Assembly (NCBI GenBank): GCA_963828195.1
Contig: CAWHDT010000003.1
Coordinates: forward strand, 1 to 64,000
DNA length: 64,000 nt
Reading direction: 5' to 3'
From: Candidatus Bathyarchaeota archaeon
GTDB taxonomy: Archaea; Thermoproteota; Bathyarchaeia; Bathyarchaeales; Bathycorpusculaceae
Position 1 is the stretch's first letter, and every line of letters starts with the position of its first letter. The notes beneath the pieces are model-generated. The model was not told the DNA's origin, ran no database searches, and worked only from the letters and a program-made list of their open reading frames with translations. A program made the position numbers and the translations under genes. Shown one piece after another: positions 38,571 through 46,694 of the stretch.

Positions 38571-39041
38571 ATGTCAGAACAAGCGGCATCTAAGGAAGAA
38601 GCCCTGAAAGAACCGGTGCGGCCTCATCAGCCGGGCCAGTCGACGTTCCGAGCGATCCTCGCCGAAGGCGTTGAGTGGAAACCGTTCGCGGCGTTTCCGC
38701 CGGAAGCACGCTTGGCGGTTCTGGTTGGCCGACCCTTGGAGCCCGGACCTTATACCATCAGGGTAAAGGTGCCTAACGGGGTGAAACTGATGCCTCACTG
38801 GCATCCTGAGGACCGCGTTTACACGGTCATTTCCGGGGTCTTCTACATCGGCTTAGGCGATAAATTCGACGCCGATAAGCTAGAGGCATATCCACCCGGC
38901 GCTGTAATTATTCTTCCCGGCAACACTTCCCACTTTCACTGGGCAAAGTCCGGCGAATACGTCACGCAGGTAACCGCCATAGGGCCACTCGGTCTGGAAT
39001 ATGTCGACTCGAAGGACGATCCGCGGAATGTTCCCCGTTAA
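38571..39041 (+). CDS. Cupin-domain protein (DUF4437-like)
   Basis: PHWHPEDRVYTVISG..PG..SHFHW; GC-richer than its neighbours. Confidence 0.85.
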   Translation: MSEQAASKEEALKEPVRPHQPGQSTFRAILAEGVEWKPFAAFPPEARLAVLVGRPLEPGPYTIRVKVPNGVKLMPHWHPEDRVYTVISGVFYIGLGDKFDADKLEAYPPGAVIILPGNTSHFHWAKSGEYVTQVTAIGPLGLEYVDSKDDPRNVPR

Positions 39042-39076
39042 TACGCGCGCTGGTTTGCCCTAAAAATCACTAATAT

Positions 39077-39508
39077 TTATGTTTGGGTTGGAGTTGCGCG
39101 TACCGCGTCTAATTTCTTCCTTCCGAAGACTAAAGCCCCTAAAAAGAGTAAGCCGAAACCTACAACGAAAGCTATGACAACGTTCGCACCTAACGAACCA
39201 CCAGAGCCTTCAGAAAAACCATAGCCACCAGAAAGAAGATCAAGAACTGACCCGAATACAAGAAAAGTTAGTCCTAAATAAGCCATAAACCTGCCAATCT
39301 TCATCTTCTCGGTGAGCATTATTGGTGTTTTTCTGCGTTTGAAGCCTGAGATACCAAAATAAGCCATAGACATTCCCATCGATGATACCACAGCGCCCAG
39401 AATTGGAATTGTGCTAATGAGAAAGACAAGATAGATACCGAATCCTAAAATAAGTAATCCAGCCAATCGGACAGCTAGATCTGAATTTCTTATTGGATTC
39501 ACAGACAT
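39077..39508 (-). CDS. Four-TM hypothetical membrane protein
   Basis: Four Gly-rich hydrophobic segments. Confidence 0.6.
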   Translation of the reverse strand: MSVNPIRNSDLAVRLAGLLILGFGIYLVFLISTIPILGAVVSSMGMSMAYFGISGFKRRKTPIMLTEKMKIGRFMAYLGLTFLVFGSVLDLLSGGYGFSEGSGGSLGANVVIAFVVGFGLLFLGALVFGRKKLDAVRATPTQT

Positions 39509-39769
39509 GTAATGGATCCTTTACTATTTCAATTCCTATGGCTTTATGTTTTTTCTCTATTAATATTTTAGGGACAAAGCGGCGCCCTAAACCCCTTTTA
39601 CAATTTAGGGCGTGAGTGGGGGATCCCATCACTAGTTCACGAGTAAAAGTATGCACTGAAGGGCGCGAAATAAGTGCTGTCCTTGAACGCATATAGACTA
39701 AACCTAAAGCGCTCATAGAATGGCTTGAGCGCTTAGCGGTTTAAGACTTCTCATACCGTCGTGTTAAAC

Positions 39770-40156
39770 TCAGGGCTTCATCAAGGTAACGTGAATAGGT
39801 TCTATTCTCAAAATGACCCTATCTCCGTGCTGTCTGTAATCCATGCCTATGTACTTATGCGCTAACTTATCGATATGTTCCTCAGCGCCTTCTTTTCTTA
39901 TCTCAACAACCTTGCCCCTAATGAAAAGCGAATCGTACGGGTCGTTCATGTTGAATACGCTTATCGCCACACGAGGATCCCGCCTAATATTCCTTGTCTT
40001 GACCCTGTTCTCAGTCGTATTAATCAGTACGACGTCGCCGTCGTGGTCTACCCAAGTGGTCGTTACGTGCGGGGAACCATCCCTCATCAATGTGCCTATG
40101 TTTGCGAAATTTTTTGCCTCAATCAATTGCTTCGCTTTTTCAGGAAGGTTTACCAT
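39770..40156 (-). CDS. PPOX-class (F420-dependent-like) oxidoreductase
   Basis: TLMRDGSPHVT..W, K.RNIRRDPRVA and IDKLAHKY motifs. Confidence 0.85.
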   Translation of the reverse strand: MVNLPEKAKQLIEAKNFANIGTLMRDGSPHVTTTWVDHDGDVVLINTTENRVKTRNIRRDPRVAISVFNMNDPYDSLFIRGKVVEIRKEGAEEHIDKLAHKYIGMDYRQHGDRVILRIEPIHVTLMKP

Positions 40157-40386
40157 GCAGCCACCATTTACTAAGACGGATGGAACGAAGATTAATAGTT
40201 TTCTTGGCAGCGCGTCGTGAAATGCCGTATGGCAAGTGGGGCGGGGGCGAACGCTGATTTGTGTGCAACTTAAACGCTGAATTAAATTGGATTGCCTAAA
40301 CGGTTGAAACGCAAATTAGAAGCCAACAACTCATGGTTCATTTTTAGAAATAAATGAATGTTAAGCCTTATTTGGCAAAAAGAGCT

Positions 40387-40439
40387 TGGCGCGGGATGTT
40401 GGATTTGAACCCACGCGGCCTTTCGACCACCTCAGACTT
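40387..40439 (-). mobile_element. Near-perfect tRNA-Ser 3'-half copy (attR-like site C)
   Basis: 44 nt match to 41936-41979 with one mismatch; similarity extends to the anticodon arm (agactt) after a 3-nt insertion. Confidence 0.85.
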
Positions 40440-40521
40440 TCTGACCTGTAGAATCGCGGGCATCTTTGTAACAATATTTTTTAATGTTTTTTGACAATTG
40501 TTAAATACGGCTCTATGATAT

Positions 40522-40749
40522 TTGGGTTTGATGGATATGACGTCTGAAGCAGAGTTGAAAGAGATTCGAAGTCTGCTTGTGGAACTGAACAAAAAAGTGC
40601 AAGGGCTCAATGAGTTGGTGGAAGAGAGGCTAATAGGCTGTGAGGTGCCCACCAAAGAGGATGTTGAAGCCATAAACGAGTATGAAGCTTCAAAGAAAAG
40701 CAAAAAACTCCACGTTGAGCCTCTAAGCGAACTATCAAAAGGGAATTAG
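40522..40749 (+). CDS. Putative antitoxin
   Basis: Small acidic protein (PTKEDVEAINEY) directly upstream of a RelE-like gene. Confidence 0.65.
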   Translation: MGLMDMTSEAELKEIRSLLVELNKKVQGLNELVEERLIGCEVPTKEDVEAINEYEASKKSKKLHVEPLSELSKGN

Positions 40750-40752
40750 CTG

Positions 40753-41019
40753 TTGCCTAAGCATCTGGTTTTTGTAGAAAGCAAAGCCAAAAAACAATTC
40801 AAGAAGTTGCCCAAAGAAAACCAAACAAGGGTTCTTGCAGCTCTGAAAACCTTGGAAGACGAAGGCTTTTCTGCAAGGTTAGACCTCAAGAAGCTGCAAG
40901 GGTATAGAAGCCATTACCGTATAAGAGCGGGCAGAATTATACGAATAAGGTTTGAGCTTTCGGCAGACGGAACAATTGTTGTTTACTCTATTTCAATGCG
41001 CGAAAATGCATACGAATAG
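40753..41019 (+). CDS. RelE/ParE family toxin
   Basis: KQFKKLP..LDLKKLQG..YRIRAG..R..Y. Confidence 0.8.
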   Translation: MPKHLVFVESKAKKQFKKLPKENQTRVLAALKTLEDEGFSARLDLKKLQGYRSHYRIRAGRIIRIRFELSADGTIVVYSISMRENAYE

Positions 41020-41085
41020 GCGCTGACAAAACCAAGGTTTTTAAGCAATTTCTTTCAGCAGACCGTAGTTGCAAGGAGGTTTAAG

Positions 41086-41131
41086 TGGCGCGGGATGTCA
41101 GTTTTACATTCACGTTTAAATTTCACGCGAA
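41086..41131 (-). mobile_element. Degenerate tRNA-Ser 3'-end copy (att-like site D)
   Basis: tggcgcgggatgtcagttttacattcacgtttaaatttcacgcga. Confidence 0.72.
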
Positions 41132-41226
41132 GCGCCGTGAATGCCGGAATAAGTGAATAAAGTATAAAACCAATATGTTCAAATCGCCAAAACTGTTAAG
41201 ATCCCATTTCGTATGGTTTGTTTGAT

Positions 41227-41688
41227 CTATTTGCTTAGTCCTAGCTGTTGCATGAATCCAACAAAGTCATAAAATAGTCTTTCTTCGACGATTTCGCCGT
41301 TCTTCCAGGTGGCTACGGTGCAGAATTCAAGCTTAGCTGTCTTTCCGGTTGGTTGGATGATCTTTCCGTCTGCGCTTTTCATGGGTCCTTTCATCGTTAC
41401 TGTCCAGTCGGCGACTGTGCATGTGTGGTCTCCATCTCCAAATGCGATCTTGTAGGGGTTATTGACTATTTTGTTGTCGAAAGTTTTGAAGAACTCTGTA
41501 GCTTCGACATCGTGGTTGTGCCTTCCTATCGTGGGAAGGGGTTGCGCTGGCCAGTAAACCTTAACGTCTTCTCTGTGACGTTTCTTAAACGTCTCCCAGA
41601 GGGGGCTGTTTGGACCTGCGTTCCAGGCGTCATCAAGGGTTTTCATCAACTCGAGATTTTCTTTTGATCCCATCTTGCATTCACCCAA
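41227..41688 (-). CDS. SnoaL-like ester cyclase / NTF2-fold protein
   Basis: DDAWN, FGDGD, PTGK and FCTVATWKNGEIVEERLFYD motifs. Confidence 0.85.
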   Translation of the reverse strand: MGECKMGSKENLELMKTLDDAWNAGPNSPLWETFKKRHREDVKVYWPAQPLPTIGRHNHDVEATEFFKTFDNKIVNNPYKIAFGDGDHTCTVADWTVTMKGPMKSADGKIIQPTGKTAKLEFCTVATWKNGEIVEERLFYDFVGFMQQLGLSK

Positions 41689-41874
41689 ATTATCCTGTTA
41701 AAAATCTCTGTGTCTAGATTCTGCATTGTTTCGCTTAAAAGCCTTGCGTGAGCTTCTCTGGTTGTTTAAAACGCGAATGTGTTCCAGTGCAATTGTCTTT
41801 CAGGAGCTTCTTCTTGAAGCGGGATTTATTCGCGTGTAATTTAAACGCTTGACCTGAGGAGGTAAATCTCAATT

Positions 41875-42354
41875 TCATGCGATAATTTGAGTATAATCAT
41901 TAAAAATAGGTTCAGAAATAGGCTGAATTTGGAAATGGCGCGGGATGTGGGATTTGAACCCACGCGGCCTTTCGACCACAGACTTAGCAGGCCTGCCCCC
42001 TACCAGGCTAGGGCAATCCCGCACGAAACTGTTTTGTTGTTCCAAGCCTGATTTAGACATATTAAGATGTTCAATTTGAACACCTAAGTGGTCGGTCTCA
42101 GCCATCTCAGTATGAGGTAATTTAATTAAAGTTTTCTGAACATTTAAACCACAGCCTTTGCTTAGCTGCAGTTCTGCGTATTCCTTAGACTGTTGATGAT
42201 AGAAGAATTTGCTTTTACCATACTCAGCTTTGCCTGCATAATGCCTAACTCTGTAGTAGTTGCCTAATTGCTGAAGATAACCTTCTCGCTTACATACTTC
42301 ACATATTATTCTCATTTTATCACATTCTAGGTTTTGGTCTTCTGGGGTGGTCAA
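41875..42354 (-). CDS. Hypothetical CxxC protein whose frame reads through the tRNA gene
   Basis: MRIICEVCKREGYLQQLGNYYRVRHY..FFYHQQ; the 3' third overlaps tRNA-Ser and may not be functional. Confidence 0.45.
   Translation of the reverse strand: MTTPEDQNLECDKMRIICEVCKREGYLQQLGNYYRVRHYAGKAEYGKSKFFYHQQSKEYAELQLSKGCGLNVQKTLIKLPHTEMAETDHLGVQIEHLNMSKSGLEQQNSFVRDCPSLVGGRPAKSVVERPRGFKSHIPRHFQIQPISEPIFNDYTQIIA
41936..42022 (-). tRNA. tRNA-Ser(GCT), intronless, CCA encoded
   Basis: GCGGGAT/ATCCCGC acceptor stem, CAGGC-CTGCTAA-GTCTG anticodon arm, long variable arm GGTCGAAAGGCC, GTTCAAATC T-loop, G73 followed by CCA. Confidence 0.95.
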
Positions 42355-42437
42355 CTTTGGATATAAAGACCATTAAAACAAAAATAGGGAGCGTTAAGCA
42401 AAGATATTATATTCAAAATAAACTATGAAGCATTGTT

Positions 42438-42779
42438 GTGGGAGCAATGTTAAGAGACATTAAACTAATGCTTGTGGCTAATGCATTCTTAAGTTTGCTT
42501 TTTGTTTATACTAACTACTTCATTTGGGCAGGTTTCAACATAAGCCCCAAAGGCTACATTAATTTATTAACCTATGGACCTGGCATAATTGGTTATCACT
42601 TATATTTTCTTGTCAATGGTCAGATGGAAGGTTTTAATGGAGCATATTTTGTTACGTTTAACTTTCCTTTCTGGCTCTTCTTTCTGGCAATAGCAGTAAA
42701 CATGTACTTCATCTTTAGACTCCAAAGAAGCATCGAAGGAAAACAGCATTCTGAGTGGGGAGCCCCTCTGCCACCTTGA
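42438..42779 (+). CDS. Small two-TM membrane protein, paralog of 16849..17181
   Basis: Shared NF...LF.LAI.VN.YFI.RLQR motif. Confidence 0.7.
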   Translation: MGAMLRDIKLMLVANAFLSLLFVYTNYFIWAGFNISPKGYINLLTYGPGIIGYHLYFLVNGQMEGFNGAYFVTFNFPFWLFFLAIAVNMYFIFRLQRSIEGKQHSEWGAPLPP

Positions 42780-43385
42780 GAGGTCCTTGAATTAAAGAAG
42801 ACAGCTAAAAGAATATGCTCTAAATGTTTAATCTTCTGTTATGAAGCAAATGTGCGATAAATATTCTTGCTGACCCAGTCAAGCTTGCCATATGTGCTCT
42901 ATATTCAAAGTAATATGCCCAGAAGTATATTACTTGTTTACAGCTGGCTGGGGCACCGTTACTTTATATATAATCTTTAAAGAAATTTCTTGTTAAGATT
43001 CTTCAGCCTTTACCTTTAACCTCTTAACCATCGAAACTTAGCTGGTGTTCAATGTACCATGAGGGGGCTGAGCCTAAAAAGACTGTGCCCTTTTGCACAC
43101 CAAACTTTGGCTTTTAAGAAGTAGATAGGCTGATAAAGTAGGCAAAAGATTTCGGCTTTTCTAGATTGATGAGGATCATGAAATCACTTGCCCTTTTCAG
43201 GTGCAAATAACGCCAATCCACCGAAGTAAATATCTAGGCAAGCCTTCATCCAAAATGGGGCTAACAAGGGAGGAAAAGCAGACAACGCCAGACGAAGGAT
43301 TAGAAAATATTTTCATCACCAAGACAGAAATAGAGAAATACCTGTAGTCTCAACAGTAAAGTAGACCTTTGCGGTAGGGTTTTGT

Positions 43386-43823
43386 ATGGTTGGAAAGTTA
43401 TCAAAAGCGGATGTAGCCTTCATGCAGAAATTGCCAGTGTGCAGAATGGCAACGGCAACCGAAGAGTGTGAGCCAATTGTGAGGCCTGTTTGGCCCGTAT
43501 TTGACGGCGTACATATCTATATTGCGACTGACCCTGACACACCCAAGCTGGAACACATAGAAGCAAACCCTGAGGTGTCACTGGTGTTTGATGATTACGA
43601 CCGAAACAACTGGTCAAACATCAAGGGCGTCCGCGTGCAGGGAGAAGCGACAGTTATATTGAAAGGCAAAGAATACCGTTACGCACATGATCTTCTCAAG
43701 GAAAAGTACCCTGAGTACCAAACAGAGGAAGGCAGCTGGAAAGAAGGCGACATACCAATAATCAAGGTACTGCCGACATCTTTCACGACGTGGGCACAAG
43801 GCGAATGGAAAAAGCAGCCTTAA
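43386..43823 (+). CDS. Pyridoxamine 5'-phosphate oxidase family protein
   Basis: RMATA..P.VRPVW, K..HIEANPEVSLVFD and KYPEY motifs. Confidence 0.85.
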   Translation: MVGKLSKADVAFMQKLPVCRMATATEECEPIVRPVWPVFDGVHIYIATDPDTPKLEHIEANPEVSLVFDDYDRNNWSNIKGVRVQGEATVILKGKEYRYAHDLLKEKYPEYQTEEGSWKEGDIPIIKVLPTSFTTWAQGEWKKQP

Positions 43824-43873
43824 ACTAAATTTTTCTCAAATTGATATTGACCTGCCTTTCTCGTATGGCAACC

Positions 43874-44758
43874 TTAAACCTTACGTAAGCGGTGAGCAAC
43901 AAATATTCGCCACTTAGATGTCGTTGAGTCATGGGGGAAATTGGCTTTTCTAAACTCTTCCAATTCTTCCCTGACTGCCTTTTGTGTTGCTGGGTCAAGG
44001 TTTGGAAAGGACCAATTCCATCGCCCGCCTCTATCCGAGAAAGCCGATATCTGCCTCCATTCGCCGCGAGACTCAGGAGAAACTTTAAACTCAAAAGGCA
44101 CCTCTCTTGCCGCAAACCCGCATCTGCCAAAAAGAGCGGGAAAGTCAATTCTTTGGCGAAAACGCTGAGCCAAATTATTTTTCAAGTCTTCAGGCTTGAC
44201 GCCATGCTTCAAAAGCACCTCTCTAACCTTTACGCGGAAAGTTTCACGCATCTCTGTGTTTCCATCGACCCAGGACGGCACGCTGACGGCGAATTCGCCT
44301 GACTCAGTCAAGAGCCCGAGAAGCCCAGCAAGCACTCTTTCAGGTTCGGGAAAGTGCCAGAATGCTGAGTTGCAAACTGCGAAGTCAAATTTTTGTCCAG
44401 CGAGAAGCTGCGAAATGTCACCTGCGTCTCCGTGAATGAAAACAATATTCGTAGCTTTGGCTGCCGCTGCGTTCTCCTTGGCGACATTCATCATCTCCTC
44501 TGAGAAATCTAAGGCAACAACATTTCCTCTTCTGGCAATCTTAGCGAGTTTAAGGGTGCACACGCCGGTTCCGCATGCTAGCTCAAGCACTCTTGAGTCC
44601 TCTTTTATTTGGAGTTGATGGATTAATTCTTCAGCAACGGTGCCGTAAAAGTGCCACTTCTTTTCATATGCGTCATATTGTCTCGCGCTGCCGTTCCACT
44701 CGTCAAGCTGAATCGGGGATGGCTCTGACGATGCAGAAGACGCATTAACTTTTTGCAT
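43874..44758 (-). CDS. Class I SAM-dependent methyltransferase
   Basis: VLELACGTG, LDFSEEM, GDA and FD..CNSAFWH motifs. Confidence 0.85.
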   Translation of the reverse strand: MQKVNASSASSEPSPIQLDEWNGSARQYDAYEKKWHFYGTVAEELIHQLQIKEDSRVLELACGTGVCTLKLAKIARRGNVVALDFSEEMMNVAKENAAAAKATNIVFIHGDAGDISQLLAGQKFDFAVCNSAFWHFPEPERVLAGLLGLLTESGEFAVSVPSWVDGNTEMRETFRVKVREVLLKHGVKPEDLKNNLAQRFRQRIDFPALFGRCGFAAREVPFEFKVSPESRGEWRQISAFSDRGGRWNWSFPNLDPATQKAVREELEEFRKANFPHDSTTSKWRIFVAHRLRKV

Positions 44759-44917
44759 TTCAGGTTTGTTTGAGGAAACCGTGAACTTTTCAACTCCTTA
44801 ACCAATATCGAGTTTAGATTTATTTGAATTCTCAAATTGCTGATAAGCTCCTAATATAGTTAGCCGATGACATGTAGCTGAAAAGTTTTTTTAACCTAAA
44901 CCCAGCTAACGGTTGGT

Positions 44918-45691
44918 ATGCAAAACATTGACCCAGTCTTTATCCTTCAGCCAATCATCGTAATTATCCTCTGCTCAGCGCTGCTGGTTTACTGGTATGC
45001 CAAGCGCCGCTTTCACCTAATGGTACTCATATATTCTCTGGTCGCATACTCGGTCGCAATCGCCCTCAAAGAGGCAGTCCAAATTCCCACCATTGGCATG
45101 GTTACAAGCTATTTTGGCTCGCAAAGCGCGGGGTTAGGCGTCTATTATGGGCTTCAAACTGTTTTCTTCGAGGTAGGTCTCGCTTACGCAGTGGCTTGGT
45201 ATGTGGTTTCCCGGGGTTTGCTGGAGAGAAAAGACGCTGAGGCTTATGGAGCAGGATTAGCTTTCTGGGAAAACGCTGGCTTACTTGGTGTTCTCTCGTT
45301 AATCAGCCTGGTTGCTTACTACAGCATTCTCTCAACAAACACGTCGCTTGCCCAAACTGTCTATGACCAATTAAGCAAGAATGCGTCTGGACTCTTCGCA
45401 CCCGCCTCAACAGCACTGGCGTCCGTTGCTTACGGCACCCTTGAGCGGGTTTCTTCAATTTTATTTCATTCCGCTTGGGGATACCTCTGCTTCATGGCGG
45501 CTTACTTTCACAAAAAACGGTTATTCGCTATCGCTTTGCCCATGGGCTTTGTTGACTTTCTTGTTCCTTTCGCTCAAAATTTAGGAATCCCTCTCTTTGA
45601 AGCAGTAGTTTTCGCTTTGTCTGTCCTCTCGGTGTTGGTGGCCTGGTACTCAGTAAAGCATGTGAGGACAACCGCTAGAAGCCAGCAGTAA
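44918..45691 (+). CDS. YhfC-like glutamic-type intramembrane protease
   Basis: Multiple TM helices; FFEVG, YGAGLAFWE and ERVSS..FH motifs. Confidence 0.65.
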   Translation: MQNIDPVFILQPIIVIILCSALLVYWYAKRRFHLMVLIYSLVAYSVAIALKEAVQIPTIGMVTSYFGSQSAGLGVYYGLQTVFFEVGLAYAVAWYVVSRGLLERKDAEAYGAGLAFWENAGLLGVLSLISLVAYYSILSTNTSLAQTVYDQLSKNASGLFAPASTALASVAYGTLERVSSILFHSAWGYLCFMAAYFHKKRLFAIALPMGFVDFLVPFAQNLGIPLFEAVVFALSVLSVLVAWYSVKHVRTTARSQQ

Positions 45692-45772
45692 CTGAAATTA
45701 ACTTTAAACCGCGGTCTAAGTGGCGAAAAGCTTATCTCTGAACCGCCATAAAAAGGGTAACGAGGGGTAGCT

Positions 45773-46573
45773 GTGTCGCTTGAACCGGGCAGAAAATTGG
45801 GGCTGACAGCAAGCATAATCAACATTTTATTGCCAGTCATCACGGTAATCTTATATGGCTTTATTATTTTGTCTATTATCGCGTCGGTTTCCCGCGCGGT
45901 TTCAGGGGAAAGCGTTGGTCTTCCAATTCTTTCTTCAGCGGCAATATTAGGCGTGTTTATCGGGCTTGGATTGCTTGGGCTAGTGGGGTTCATATTTTTC
46001 GTAATCTCAATGCATCGGTTGAGCCAATACTACAATGAACCGGGCATTTTCAAAAATATGCTGCATGGCATAATTGTAGCGATTGTTGGAGTCATTTCAC
46101 TGGTTATAGTACTGGTTGCCATCGTTGTCTACGCAATTGAAAGAGCAAAAACCGCAACGACAGTTGCCCCATCAATAATATCGGTCATCGGAGTATACCT
46201 AGTTTTATTCGTTGCGTTCCTGGCGATCTTAATAGTTAGCGCCGTCTTTTGGAAGCGCGCATTCAACAAGCTTGCGGAAAAATCTGGAAACAACAATTTC
46301 AACACTGCTGGATTGCTAATGTTACTGGGGGCAGCCCTCTCGGTTGTTGGAATAGGCGGATTATTAAGCTGGATTGCATGGATCTTCGCAGCCATGGGAT
46401 TTAACTCGCTTAGACCGAAAACACCTGAAACCTCAGCTTTCCCATACGCCACCCCACAGCCCCAATTTACAAGCCCAATGCAAAAAAAGTTTTGCCCTTA
46501 CTGCGGAACAGAAAACCCCATAGACTCTGTTTACTGCACAAACTGCGGCCAAAAACTCCAAGAAACCAAGTGA
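45773..46573 (+). CDS. DUF996-like membrane protein with a C-terminal zinc ribbon
   Basis: LSQYYNEPGIF, F..LAEKSG..F.TAG and FCPYCG..YCTNCG motifs. Confidence 0.8.
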   Translation: MSLEPGRKLGLTASIINILLPVITVILYGFIILSIIASVSRAVSGESVGLPILSSAAILGVFIGLGLLGLVGFIFFVISMHRLSQYYNEPGIFKNMLHGIIVAIVGVISLVIVLVAIVVYAIERAKTATTVAPSIISVIGVYLVLFVAFLAILIVSAVFWKRAFNKLAEKSGNNNFNTAGLLMLLGAALSVVGIGGLLSWIAWIFAAMGFNSLRPKTPETSAFPYATPQPQFTSPMQKKFCPYCGTENPIDSVYCTNCGQKLQETK

Positions 46574-46694
46574 CCAATCTCTTCAGAATCTCCTCGTCGG
46601 TTCGATTTTGGCTTAAGATTTTTAGCCGATTTTTTTTACAAAAAATCTTATATCTAAGAGATTGTTCCTTTGTGAGTGGAAGTTGTGATTATTT

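Noticed and set aside
40212-40250. gcgtcgtgaaatgccg similar to 41132, and gtggggcggggg as another att site
   Set aside because: Too short and inconsistently placed relative to the other module ends to support on its own.
40368-40703. Minus-strand ORF ending VVERPRGFKSNIPR, similar to the tail of ORF 41875..42354
   Set aside because: The similarity is only the translated tRNA duplicate, and the ORF is antisense to the antitoxin gene.
37576-41131. tRNA-derived repeats as a CRISPR array or as additional or split tRNA genes
   Set aside because: Spacing is 0.7-2 kb with genes in between, no cas genes are present, and the copies lack 5' halves or visible trans-splicing leaders.
42790-43370. Possible gene in the 600-bp AT-rich gap
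   Set aside because: Only short stop-interrupted frames with no recognisable motif; at most unidentifiable debris.
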